A DNA stretch of 32,480 bases from Anaerolineales bacterium (GCA_030642885.1 DAOWMX010000001.1:1-32480); one strand, 5' to 3'. Counted from the stretch's first letter, positions 1-9,017 are shown. Notes: a model not told the origin generated them from the letters alone. Program-made: numbers and translations.

Positions 1-168
1 CTCGCCAAAAGCCGAGGTGAGAAAAAAGATGATCCAATCGACACGGACCGTTTTCGGTGCGGTTTGAAGAGGAATCCGATACCAACCTAAAACCCTGGCA
101 ATCTCCAGATCACGCGGGTCGTTCATTACAGCTACCAGGATGAGGTCTTCCGGATAGATTTCTTCCAT
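1..168 (-). CDS. hypothetical protein, N-terminal 56 codons only (gene runs off the left edge)
   Basis: ATG at 168 on the minus strand, with the frame open to position 1. It translates MEEIYPEDLILVAVMNDPRDLEIARVLGWYRIPLQTAPKTVRVDWIIFFLTSAFGE, which has protein-like composition. It is missing from the ORF track only because it is incomplete. It lies after the terminator at 242-296, so it is a separate transcription unit. No function can be assigned from 56 residues. Confidence 0.4.
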   Translation of the reverse strand, partial: MEEIYPEDLILVAVMNDPRDLEIARVLGWYRIPLQTAPKTVRVDWIIFFLTSAFGE

Positions 169-241
169 CACGCCCAATTTTGATAAGGAAACGGACCGTC
201 TTCACGACAGCAAGGAAATGTCACGACCAATCGTGCTTGGG

Positions 242-296
242 AAAAAACAGGCGGACATTCCACACTCCGTTCTGATGATGGAATGGGACATCCGCC
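242..296 (-). terminator. intrinsic terminator closing the long minus-strand gene train
   Basis: Minus-strand RNA reads GGCGGA-(UGUCC bulge)-CAUUCC, an 18-nt loop, then GGAAUGUCCGCC, followed directly by UGUUUUUUCCC. That is a 12-bp interrupted stem plus a U-tract, starting 38 nt after the stop codon at 334-336. Confidence 0.6.
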
Positions 297-333
297 TTTC
301 TTCTCAACAAGGTTCCCCTTTGTATAAGCGTCT

Positions 334-1794
334 TTAGATCAAACCTACACGCTCGTTGAACTCGACAATCAATCGATCGATCTCTGGTAGAAGCGCCTGG
401 ATCGAGGTCCAATAATCCCGATCGTACCACTGCGCCATGATTTCCTCGTAAGTCCGGCCCTGCTGCTCGACCCATGTGTAGTATTTTAAGTTATGGACAC
501 TGCGTCGATCCGTGTATCGAGTCTCGAGCAAATGATCGGTTTTAAGCCCATACAGGTCATTAGCGAAGTGAGCTGCGGCTTCTATCTTCAGATATTCACC
601 ATATTCCTCATGCATCTCTCTCAATCGGCTCTGATAAAGCTCCATAGAATCAGTAAAAACAGTGAGCACGATGTCGTTTTCGCCCAGTTCATAGTATTTA
701 GCGAACTTAATCGCCATTACGAGGTTGGCGATGCTGGAGAAGCCAAGCAGCTCCAGGTTGGCAATGAAAGCTTCGGGTACCCCTTTTTCAACTAGATACT
801 TATGCCCTGCTGGCTCGTTGAAGAGACGGGCCAGGTTGACAATCACATTGTCGTCGAGCGAAATGATCATATCGGTATTTTTTACATTGTGAATCCAGGG
901 GACATGTTTATCACCGATGCCTTCGATGCGATGTTCTCCAAAACCGTTCTCGAGCAAAGTCGGGCATTGCCAGGCTTCACCGGCAACAACCTTGCCTGAA
1001 GGGAAGATCTGCTTCAGGTATTCCCCACAAGCTAACGTCCCCGCTGACCCTGTGGTCAGCACTACCCCAGCGTAATTATCGTTCGGGCGAAGTTCCTTCT
1101 TAAGCACTTCCTCCATCGCATGTCCGGTGATGTCATAGTGCCAGAGGTAATTCCCAAATTCGTCAAACTGGTTGAAGATGACCACGTCGTCGCGGGTCTC
1201 GCGAAGTTCCCATGTCTTGTCGAAGATCTCTTTCACATTCGACTCGCTGCCAGGCGTGGCAATCACCTCACCCGCTACTTTTTCCAACCATTCGAAGCGC
1301 TCGCGGCTCATACCCTCTGGGAGGATGGCGATTGATTCACAAGCAAGCAGTGATGCATCATAGGCCCCACCACGACAGTAATTCCCCGTCGATGGCCAAA
1401 CTGCCTTGTCCTTAGCGGGATCAAATTGACCCGTGACTAGCCTCGGGACCAGGCATCCAAATGTTGCCCCAACTTTATGCGATCCCGTGGGCATCCATTT
1501 TCCAACCAAGGCGATGATCCGGGCACCCACACCGGTAAGTGAACTCGGAATCTCCAGATAGTTCACCCCTCCGAATCCACCGCCTTTCGGAGTGGGCTCG
1601 TTCTTCCACGTAATACGAAAGAGATTCTCCGGCGTCACATCCCAGAGCCCAAGTGAACTTAGCTTCTCTTTCATTGAATCAGGGATCAAACTCGGGTCTT
1701 TCATCTGCGCAAAAGTCGGGATGATGAAATTTCTCTCCCGCACTCTCTCGATGGTTTTCTCCAGCTTATCTTCATTAATTGTGAGATCGATCAT
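334..1794 (-). CDS. fold-type II (TrpB/CysK-like) PLP-dependent enzyme, 486 aa, substrate unknown
   Basis: Complete ORF with ATG at 1794. PTGSHKVGA (Lys107, codon 1474-1476) matches the PLP-lysine context of TrpB-type enzymes (TGSHK). STGNYCRGG is the Asn loop and TTGSAGT (aa 247-253) is the Gly-rich phosphate loop. A long helical C-terminal extension follows. The start overlaps the upstream GT2 stop by 20 nt. Confidence 0.75.
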   Translation of the reverse strand: MIDLTINEDKLEKTIERVRERNFIIPTFAQMKDPSLIPDSMKEKLSSLGLWDVTPENLFRITWKNEPTPKGGGFGGVNYLEIPSSLTGVGARIIALVGKWMPTGSHKVGATFGCLVPRLVTGQFDPAKDKAVWPSTGNYCRGGAYDASLLACESIAILPEGMSRERFEWLEKVAGEVIATPGSESNVKEIFDKTWELRETRDDVVIFNQFDEFGNYLWHYDITGHAMEEVLKKELRPNDNYAGVVLTTGSAGTLACGEYLKQIFPSGKVVAGEAWQCPTLLENGFGEHRIEGIGDKHVPWIHNVKNTDMIISLDDNVIVNLARLFNEPAGHKYLVEKGVPEAFIANLELLGFSSIANLVMAIKFAKYYELGENDIVLTVFTDSMELYQSRLREMHEEYGEYLKIEAAAHFANDLYGLKTDHLLETRYTDRRSVHNLKYYTWVEQQGRTYEEIMAQWYDRDYWTSIQALLPEIDRLIVEFNERVGLI

Positions 1795-2770
1795 GACGTT
1801 TCTTATTCCCTTCCTTTGGATTTATTTTGTTTTCTAAACTGATGGGATTCCGCACGATATAGAGCGGTCGGCCTTTAGCCTCATCATATATCCGACCGAT
1901 GTATTCCCCAAGGATCCCAAGAGAGATTAGCTGCACGCCTCCCAGAAATAATACCGCGATCAAGGTTGTTGCCTGACCAAGAAACGCCGGGCTTCCAACC
2001 AGTCTGAACGCAATCACGATAGGTATGGCGATAATACTCACGCCCGCTGCGAAAAAGCCGAGGTAGGTTGCGATCTGGAGCGGAAAGTAGGAAAAACCCG
2101 TGATGGCATTGAGCGCAAGGCGCAGCATTTTTCGAAACGGATACTTCGTCTCTCCAGCGAATCTCGCAGCTCGCTTATATGGCACTCCGGTTTGGCGGAA
2201 GCCAACCCACGCGGCCATGGCCCTTGGAAAACGATGCCTCTCGCGCATTTGAGACAGCGCATCCACTGCCTGCCGGTCCATCAATCGGAAATCCCCGGTA
2301 TCTAGCGGGATCTCAACATCGGTGATGCGGTTGATCAAGCGGTAAAACAAGGCTGCTGTGGTTTTCTTAAACCAGGTCTCGCCCTCGCGCTCCGTGCGCA
2401 CGGCGTACACGATTTCATAGCCCTCGCGCCATTTTTCAACCAAATCGGAGATGACCTCAGGCGGGTCCTGCAAATCAGAATCCATGATGATCACGGCGCG
2501 GCCCTGGCTGAAGTCCATCCCTGCAGTCACGGCGATTTGATGCCCAAAATTCCGGGCGAACATCACAGGTCTCACATGTGGATCGTCCACGCTTATCGCT
2601 TCGATCCACTCCGAGGAGCCATCCGTCGATCCATCGTCGATGAGAATGAGCTCCCATGGCTCACCCAGGTCATCCATGACCGTCTTCACCCGATCGTAGA
2701 GTTCCGGAAGCGACTCGATTTCGTTATAGACCGGCACTGCGACAGAGATGTTGATTTCGGATTTCGTCAT
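1775..2770 (-). CDS. family-2 glycosyltransferase, polyprenyl-phosphate sugar transferase type (GtrB/ArnC/DPM1-like)
   Basis: ISVAVPVYNE...LILIDDGSTDGS...IIMDSDLQDPPE is the classic GT2 DxD/ED pattern. Two C-terminal TM helices are present (FPLQIATYLGFFAAGVSIIAIPIVIAF and TLIAVLFLGGVQLISLGILGEYI). The ORF track starts at GTG 2779. I prefer ATG 2770 because GGAGGG sits 8 nt upstream, inside the end of the preceding gene. Confidence 0.8.
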   Translation of the reverse strand: MTKSEINISVAVPVYNEIESLPELYDRVKTVMDDLGEPWELILIDDGSTDGSSEWIEAISVDDPHVRPVMFARNFGHQIAVTAGMDFSQGRAVIIMDSDLQDPPEVISDLVEKWREGYEIVYAVRTEREGETWFKKTTAALFYRLINRITDVEIPLDTGDFRLMDRQAVDALSQMRERHRFPRAMAAWVGFRQTGVPYKRAARFAGETKYPFRKMLRLALNAITGFSYFPLQIATYLGFFAAGVSIIAIPIVIAFRLVGSPAFLGQATTLIAVLFLGGVQLISLGILGEYIGRIYDEAKGRPLYIVRNPISLENKINPKEGNKKRHDRSHN

Positions 2771-2775
2771 TGGCT

Positions 2776-4071
2776 TCACCCTCCGCCGTTCTTCTTCGCG
2801 CCGTCATCCAAAGCACTTTCGAGTGCTTTAAGCGTCGGTTCAATCACAAGCGGTTCACCGGCGGCATCCATCGCCCGCGCTACATCTTTCAACCCATTGC
2901 CGGTATTAAGCACAACGACACGGTCTCCCTGCGCAAGGAGGTTCTTCTCAACTGCGGCTAACAACCCGGCATAGGCAGCCGCTCCTGCGGGTTCGGCAAA
3001 CACAGCCGCCTCGCGGCCAAGCTCTGCAATCGCCTCTAAAATAGCGGAATCTGGAACTGCTATGTAAGCTCCACCGGTCTCCGTTGCGGCTCGCAAGGCG
3101 CGTAAACCATCACGCGGCTGGTCCACCGAGATGCTATCAGCCAGCGTATCTGCGCTCACCGGTTGGATCTCCTCCACGCCATCCTGGAAGGCATTATAAA
3201 TCGCAGCCGATCCTTCAGATTGGATCCCATAAAGCCGTGGGATTCTGTCGATCCAACCCAGGTTATGTAAATCTTTAAAGCCTTTATGCAAACCGGAGAT
3301 GATGTTCCCATCCCCAACGGACACGACAACAGCATCCGGCGTGGGCCATCGCTTCTTTCCAGAGCTCTCACCATCGTTTTCAATCGATAATTGTTCACAA
3401 ATTTCGAAGGCGGCGGTTTTCTTGCCCTCGGCTGTGAACGGGTTGAAACCCGTATTTCGGCAATACCAACCGAATCGCTCCGCCGCCTGAATGGTGAGAT
3501 CAAAGGCATCATCATAGGTGCCTTCGACGAGGACCACCCGTGCACCGAATATCAGGAGCTGCGCGATCTTTGCCGGTGGGGCTGTCGCCGGGGCGAGTAT
3601 TACCGCGGGCATCTTTGCCGCTGCCGCCATGCCTGCCAGCGCTGCTCCAGCGTTGCCGGTTGAAGCGGTAACGATTACTTCCACACCGATCTCCTGCCCA
3701 CGGGCAACTGCGACGGCGCTGGCGCGGTCTTTAAAAGAAGCGGTTGGGTTTCGCCCATCATCCTTCAACCAGAGCTTCTCCAGACCTAATTTCCCGGCGA
3801 TCGGCTGCAAATCGAAGAGCGGCGTCCAACCCACTGCCCTCAATGGAGTCCCCAAATGCCCCGGGTCTTGTACGGGGAGGAGCGGTAAATATCGCCAGAT
3901 GGAAGATTCCACTGAACGTCTGATGTCACCGGGTGAGACATGGCGACGAATCCTATCGTAATCAAGGATTACGTCTAAATTCCCTCCGTCATGGGGGCAG
4001 GTATATTGGACATCTTCTGGCCCAAGCTCCTGACCACAGATGGAACAGCGATAGCCTGTAAAGTTCGTCAT
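2776..4071 (-). CDS. threonine-synthase-family PLP enzyme with N-terminal Zn-ribbon (archaeal/thermophile type)
   Basis: The N-terminus YRCSICGQ...YTCPHDGG is a CxxC...CxH ribbon. TASFKDR carries the PLP lysine and ASTGNAGAA is the Asn loop. Length is 431 aa. The ATG at 4071 abuts the stop of the upstream permease gene (4072-4074) with 0 nt between them. Confidence 0.8.
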   Translation of the reverse strand: MTNFTGYRCSICGQELGPEDVQYTCPHDGGNLDVILDYDRIRRHVSPGDIRRSVESSIWRYLPLLPVQDPGHLGTPLRAVGWTPLFDLQPIAGKLGLEKLWLKDDGRNPTASFKDRASAVAVARGQEIGVEVIVTASTGNAGAALAGMAAAAKMPAVILAPATAPPAKIAQLLIFGARVVLVEGTYDDAFDLTIQAAERFGWYCRNTGFNPFTAEGKKTAAFEICEQLSIENDGESSGKKRWPTPDAVVVSVGDGNIISGLHKGFKDLHNLGWIDRIPRLYGIQSEGSAAIYNAFQDGVEEIQPVSADTLADSISVDQPRDGLRALRAATETGGAYIAVPDSAILEAIAELGREAAVFAEPAGAAAYAGLLAAVEKNLLAQGDRVVVLNTGNGLKDVARAMDAAGEPLVIEPTLKALESALDDGAKKNGGG

Positions 4072-5040
4072 TTACAGCCCTCGTTCACCGCGGATATAAG
4101 GCAAGCCCAGCGCTGCAGGTGAGCCCATGCGCTTGCGGATCGCCTCGCGTGAGCCAATCACAAGAACAACGATCGTAAATGCATAGGGCAGCATCTGCAG
4201 GAAAAATCCCCAATAAGGGTTGTAATAGAAGGGATTCCTAAGACCGAATATCTTCATCGGCCCCTGGATATCAAGGATCATTCGACGGAGAGCGCCGAAA
4301 GCGTAAGATCCTCCGGCTGCGCGTATCGGATCCCACTGTGCGAAAATCACCAGACCGATGGCGATCCACCCCTGGCCGGATGTGGTGAGATGGCTGAACC
4401 ACCCCGGAGAAACCGCCAGGCTGATCGTCGCCCCGGCAACCCCGGCGAGCATCCCGCCGACCAGAACATAGAAATAGCGCAAGCGGTTTACATTTATACC
4501 CAAGGCATCCGCGGCTGCCGGATACTCACCAATCGCTCGCAAATGCAGCCCCGGCCGCGTGCGGTTGATGTAATACCAGGCGAGAGGAACCAGCAGATAC
4601 CCCAGATAAACCATCACGCTTTGGTCTTCAAACATGATAGGGCCCAGGAAGGGAATGCTCACCAGACCTGGAATGCTAAACGAGGGTAAAAGGGCAACAG
4701 CCCCAGCCTTGCTTAACCCCTCGCCGAAAACCAGGCTCAGGCCTGTGCCGAGGAAGGTCAGAGCCAGGCCGCTTACAACCTGGTCGGCCTGAAGCTGGAT
4801 CGTGATTATTGCATGGACCTGGCTCAGCAGGCCAGCAGCGAGCATGGCGACAAACACTCCAAGCCAGGGATTGCCGGTCGCTAAAGCTGTTTTATAGGCG
4901 CTCATGGCGCCGATGAGCATCATCCCCTCAAGGCCAAGGTTTAGAATCCCCGATCTTTCGGTGAAGATCTCCCCGATGGTTGCGAATAAAAGAACCGTTC
5001 CGGAGGCGATGCCAGCATGCAGGATGATGATTGGATCCAT
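4072..5040 (-). CDS. ABC transporter permease (BMP/nucleoside-type importer, second permease)
   Basis: 322 aa, polytopic and hydrophobic throughout. It starts 2 nt after the stop of the first permease. This is the typical second membrane subunit of BMP-family uptake systems. Confidence 0.85.
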   Translation of the reverse strand: MDPIIILHAGIASGTVLLFATIGEIFTERSGILNLGLEGMMLIGAMSAYKTALATGNPWLGVFVAMLAAGLLSQVHAIITIQLQADQVVSGLALTFLGTGLSLVFGEGLSKAGAVALLPSFSIPGLVSIPFLGPIMFEDQSVMVYLGYLLVPLAWYYINRTRPGLHLRAIGEYPAAADALGINVNRLRYFYVLVGGMLAGVAGATISLAVSPGWFSHLTTSGQGWIAIGLVIFAQWDPIRAAGGSYAFGALRRMILDIQGPMKIFGLRNPFYYNPYWGFFLQMLPYAFTIVVLVIGSREAIRKRMGSPAALGLPYIRGERGL

Positions 5041-5042
5041 GT

Positions 5043-6176
5043 CTACGCCTCCTGCCCGATTTGCACAAGCCTTATCCGATTGCGGAGTAAGAAATCACTT
5101 CCAATAAGACAGACCAGGATGATCCCCTGGATAAGCATAGGAATACCGGATGGTTGGATCTCCCTGCCAGCCAGGAGCAGCCCACCGAAGAGAATCGAAA
5201 TCGGAACGACCAAAATAGGATTGAGTTTCGCCAGCCAGGCGATGATGATTCCCGTGAAGCCATAGCCGGAGGAGATCGCCCCCTGAAGGCGGTGTACAAC
5301 CCCAGAGATCTCCAACATGCCACCCAACCCCGCCAGTGCACCTGAAAGCATCATCACCAGGATCGTATTCCTGACGATGTTGATCCCCGCGTAGCGCGCG
5401 GCGCGCGGGTTGTCTCCAATCAAGCGAATCTCGTACCCCCACCGGCTGCGGTACATAATCCACCACACCACCCCAGCGGCAATTAAGGCTATGACGAATC
5501 CTAGATGGATGGTAAGCCCTCGAAACATTGGCACCTGAGCTGAGTAATCCGTCAATCGCGGCAGCCAGGCCGTTTTGGGAAACTGACGGCTCATCTGGAA
5601 TCCGCCTTCGGACCATACATCGAAGATGAAATAGTTGTTCCACGCCACAGCGATGTAGTTCATCATTAGCGTCGATATGATTTCATTGACATTGTATTTC
5701 GCTTTCAAATAGCCAGGAATAAATCCCCATAAAGCGCCCGCGAGCATACCCATGATCATCATCGCCGGGATCATCAGCCACGGCGAAGTCTCTGGCGGAA
5801 GAATGGGTGTTAGCACGACTAAACTTGCCCCGAAGGCACCCAAGTAGAATTGACCTTCAGCGCCAATATTCCACAGGCGCATCCTGAAGGCGACAACCGC
5901 TGCCAAACTGACGAGAATGAGCGGAGTAGCTTTTACCAAAGTGTCGGAGAACACGCCGATATCACCAAAAGCAGCTTTGGCCATGAAGGCATAGGCACGG
6001 AAGGGATCTCCACCCACGAGCATTAATACGATCCCTCCAAGAACCAATGCAAAAGTTACAGCGCCAAGCGAAACGATTAATCCCAGCCACCCCGGTTGCT
6101 TCATGCGGGGTTCCATCCGCAAACGGAACCGTGCTCCACCACGGTATTGAGCAAATAATGAAGGCTTGGTCGTCAT
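5043..6176 (-). CDS. ABC transporter permease (BMP/nucleoside-type importer, first permease)
   Basis: 377 aa, polytopic. Its start overlaps the ATPase stop by 4 nt (ATGA). Confidence 0.85.
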   Translation of the reverse strand: MTTKPSLFAQYRGGARFRLRMEPRMKQPGWLGLIVSLGAVTFALVLGGIVLMLVGGDPFRAYAFMAKAAFGDIGVFSDTLVKATPLILVSLAAVVAFRMRLWNIGAEGQFYLGAFGASLVVLTPILPPETSPWLMIPAMMIMGMLAGALWGFIPGYLKAKYNVNEIISTLMMNYIAVAWNNYFIFDVWSEGGFQMSRQFPKTAWLPRLTDYSAQVPMFRGLTIHLGFVIALIAAGVVWWIMYRSRWGYEIRLIGDNPRAARYAGINIVRNTILVMMLSGALAGLGGMLEISGVVHRLQGAISSGYGFTGIIIAWLAKLNPILVVPISILFGGLLLAGREIQPSGIPMLIQGIILVCLIGSDFLLRNRIRLVQIGQEA

Positions 6177-7744
6177 TGACTCACCTTCCTTGCCTCGACC
6201 AGATCCTCCTGGCGAGTCCCGGTCATCATTAGACCCAATGTTTCAGGGTCAGCTTCCCTCACCTCACCCATGATTTCTCCCTCATAAATCACGTAAACAC
6301 GATCCGAGAGCGAGATGAGTTCTTCCAATTCCTCCGAGATAAGAAGGATCGCAGCGCCATTCTCGCGCTGCTGGAGCAGCAAGCGTTGAACGGATTCTAT
6401 CGCCCCAACGTCCAACCCGCGCGTTGGCTGCATGGCAATCATCAATTTCGGCTCACAGGAGATCTCGCGCGCAAGAATCAAACGTTGTAGATTTCCTCCC
6501 GAGAGCAAACGTGCAGGGGTTTCCACTGTCGGCACCATGATGTCATAGGCTTCACGCAGCGTTTCTGCTTGAGTGGTAGCAGAGAGGCTGTCAATGGACC
6601 ACCCTTTCGAGATAGGCGGTTTCCGATACCCTTTCATGATCAGGTTGTCAGTGATGCTGAGGTTAGGGGCAGTACCGACATGGGTCCGATCCTCAGGGAT
6701 GTGTGAAACGCCCGCATCGATTATCTGTCTTACATGGCTTGACCTGCGCTGCCCTGAGATACTTCCATCAATGAGCACTTGCCCATGCACAATCACTTTT
6801 CCTTCTGTGATCGGGCGAAGACCGGTAATAGCTTCAGCCAACTCCGCTTGCCCATTTCCAGCCACACCGGCCAAGCCGACGATCTCACCAGCCGCAACGT
6901 GTAGAGATAAGCCGCGTAAAGCCTGAATGCCTTTATTGTTCAAAGCCTTGAGCCCTTCCACAGCCAGAACAGTGTCCCCAGGAGTATGCTCGACCTTATT
7001 CAATTGGAAGAGTACGTCGCGACCTACCATCTCGCGCGCCAGGTCCTGCTTCGTTATCTCTTTCGTAAGCAAACCCTCTGCGCTGAGCTTCCCCTTGCGC
7101 AAGACTGTAATCCGATCTGCAATCGCCATGACTTCGTCGAGCTTATGGCTGATGAAGATGATAGATTTCCCCTCGGCAATCATGGATCGAAGTGTAGTGA
7201 ACAGTTCTTGAATCTCCTGCGGGGCCAAGACCGCTGTTGGCTCGTCCATGATGAGCACTTTCGCTCCACGATAGAGCATCTTTAGTATCTCCACACGCTG
7301 CTGCTCACCGACGGACAATTGCCAGATTCTTGCTCGTGGGTCGACCTGTAAACCATACTGTTCCCCGAGTTCGGTGATGATTTGATCATAATGAGATAAA
7401 TTCATATTAAAGCGCGGTTCATCGAGGCCCAGGAGGATATTTTCCGTCACGGTTTGAGTGGGCACGAGCATAAAGTGCTGGTGGACCATGCCAATCCCGT
7501 AGTTGATGGCATCTCGCGGGGATCGCAGATCAACAACCTCACCATCAACCCGGATCGTACCTTCATCGGGCCTATATAATCCCGTGAGGATATTCACCAG
7601 GGTGCTCTTGCCTGCGCCGTTTTCGCCCAACAAGGCGTGGATCTCACCAGACCGCAAGGTGAAATCAACCTGGTCATTCGCCAAGACACCGGGAAACTGT
7701 TTAGAAATCCCTCTTAACTCAACAACATTGAGGTGGTCATCCAT
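6173..7744 (-). CDS. ABC transporter ATP-binding protein with two fused ATPase domains
   Basis: Walker A GENGAGKST and GVAGNGQ, signature LSVGEQQR and LSGGNLQR, Walker B LIMDEPT. The track starts at ATG 7777. I prefer ATG 7744 (MDDHLNVVELRGISKQF) because GGAG lies 7 nt upstream, while 7777 sits in the loop of the 7764-7792 hairpin. Confidence 0.85.
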   Translation of the reverse strand: MDDHLNVVELRGISKQFPGVLANDQVDFTLRSGEIHALLGENGAGKSTLVNILTGLYRPDEGTIRVDGEVVDLRSPRDAINYGIGMVHQHFMLVPTQTVTENILLGLDEPRFNMNLSHYDQIITELGEQYGLQVDPRARIWQLSVGEQQRVEILKMLYRGAKVLIMDEPTAVLAPQEIQELFTTLRSMIAEGKSIIFISHKLDEVMAIADRITVLRKGKLSAEGLLTKEITKQDLAREMVGRDVLFQLNKVEHTPGDTVLAVEGLKALNNKGIQALRGLSLHVAAGEIVGLAGVAGNGQAELAEAITGLRPITEGKVIVHGQVLIDGSISGQRRSSHVRQIIDAGVSHIPEDRTHVGTAPNLSITDNLIMKGYRKPPISKGWSIDSLSATTQAETLREAYDIMVPTVETPARLLSGGNLQRLILAREISCEPKLMIAMQPTRGLDVGAIESVQRLLLQQRENGAAILLISEELEELISLSDRVYVIYEGEIMGEVREADPETLGLMMTGTRQEDLVEARKVSQ

Positions 7745-7763
7745 ACTCAGCTCCGAAGATGAC

Positions 7764-7792
7764 GGGTCGACGCCCATATCGGACGTCGACCC
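7764..7792 (-). promoter_or_regulatory. intercistronic stem-loop between the binding-protein gene and the ATPase gene
   Basis: GGGTCGACG (7764-7772) and CGTCGACCC (7784-7792) form a perfect 9-bp GC-rich inverted repeat with an 11-nt loop. On the coding (minus) strand it is preceded by an A-run and is not followed by a U-run. Confidence 0.5.
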
Positions 7793-7814
7793 TTTTTCTG
7801 TTTATTTGTGTGGA

Positions 7815-9017
7815 CTACTCCGGCAATTCCGCAGTAATGCCCTCAGCCCACCACTTCATGCAGTACTCGCAGCCTAACCCAAACTCGGGGAAGGCATCCA
7901 GGTCAACTTGCTCAAGCGCTTTACCTTCGGGAACAATCAGATTGCCTTGATTGTCATAGATCGGGCCTGAGAACACATCAAAGCGGGTGAAATCTCCCAC
8001 CAGGGTGTCGGCCACCAGGTCACGAACAGCCTGGATCACATCTTCCGGAAGCTCAGCAACACCGGGCTGCAACTCCTCACCCTCCATGAAGCCGTACAGG
8101 CCGAGTGCTCCGGTATCACCATCAAAGTAATCCCAACCGGGGGTATAGGTCCCCGCGATCACGCCTTCGGCGATCTCCGCGTAAACCGGTCCCCAAACCC
8201 AGTAGGGCGCGGTCAGGCAGGCGTCGATTTTGCAGGAGCCGTACCAGTCATAGGTGACGCCCCATTTGCCCTTTTCCTGCGCTACATCAGCAACTGCTGG
8301 GGTGTCAGCACCCGTGAACACTACCTGTGCACCGGCATCGAACAACGAGGCTGCGGCCTCTTTCTCGATGATGGGATCATGCCAGGTGTTGATCCAGCGC
8401 ACGTCAAGCGTGCACTCCGGGCAGGTTTCCCTCATCCCCAACGCAATAGCGTTGCCGAGGCGGATCTCCTCCGGGATCGGGAAAGTCGCCATGTACCCCA
8501 GCTTCGGGTTTCCATCCATTTGTGCCCGTGCGCCAGCAAGCATCCCTGCCATGTACTTCATGTTTTCCATGGCACCGAACAGGTTGCCGAAGTTGGTCAT
8601 GTTGGATTTTATGCCCGAGATGTGGATATACGTGACATCCGGGAATTCTTCGGCGAGGACTTCCATGGGGTCCATGTAGCCAAAGGATGTGCCAAAGATC
8701 AGATCAAAGCCTTTCCGCGAGAGGCTGCGGAAAATCTGCTCCGAGTCAGCTCCCTCGGGTACGTTCTCGATATAGGCTATGTGGACATCCGGAACATTCT
8801 CTGCGACATATTCCAGGCCTTCGAAGTGCGCCTGGGACCAGCCACCATCGTCGTGAGGACCAATCAGGACCATGGCAATATTGAACTTGCCCTCTTCCAC
8901 CGCGGGGATCTCGAAACCTCCCACGACTTCCGGTGCCTCTTCCCCACCGCAGGCTGTAAGTGCCAGAGCCAACAGGGTAAGGAGAACAGCTAGGCGTAAC
9001 GCCATACTTCGTGACAT
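7815..9017 (-). CDS. BMP-family ABC substrate-binding lipoprotein (purine nucleoside-binding type)
   Basis: 400 aa. Signal peptide with lipobox LALALTAC-GG. The mature part has the BMP/PnrA-like pattern (NIAMVLIGPHDDGGWSQAHFEGL...). AGAGGAG lies 7 nt upstream of the ATG. Confidence 0.85.
   Translation of the reverse strand: MSRSMALRLAVLLTLLALALTACGGEEAPEVVGGFEIPAVEEGKFNIAMVLIGPHDDGGWSQAHFEGLEYVAENVPDVHIAYIENVPEGADSEQIFRSLSRKGFDLIFGTSFGYMDPMEVLAEEFPDVTYIHISGIKSNMTNFGNLFGAMENMKYMAGMLAGARAQMDGNPKLGYMATFPIPEEIRLGNAIALGMRETCPECTLDVRWINTWHDPIIEKEAAASLFDAGAQVVFTGADTPAVADVAQEKGKWGVTYDWYGSCKIDACLTAPYWVWGPVYAEIAEGVIAGTYTPGWDYFDGDTGALGLYGFMEGEELQPGVAELPEDVIQAVRDLVADTLVGDFTRFDVFSGPIYDNQGNLIVPEGKALEQVDLDAFPEFGLGCEYCMKWWAEGITAELPE

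Noticed and set aside
221-475. 84-aa minus-strand ORF overlapping the 3' end of the PLP gene and the terminator
   Set aside because: It overlaps a well-supported gene in another frame, spans the terminator hairpin, and has Arg/Gly/Leu-rich low-complexity composition with no SD.
8379-8993. Long antisense or alternative-frame ORFs inside supported genes (for example 8379-8993 plus, 8254-8679 plus, 5095-5643 minus, 3518-3961 plus, 2537-2974 plus, 24984-25403 plus, 30997-31413 minus)
   Set aside because: All lie wholly within genes that have strong family motifs. Their translations are Arg/Ser/Pro/Ala-rich, as expected for off-frame reading of moderately GC-rich DNA. None has an SD or recognisable domain.
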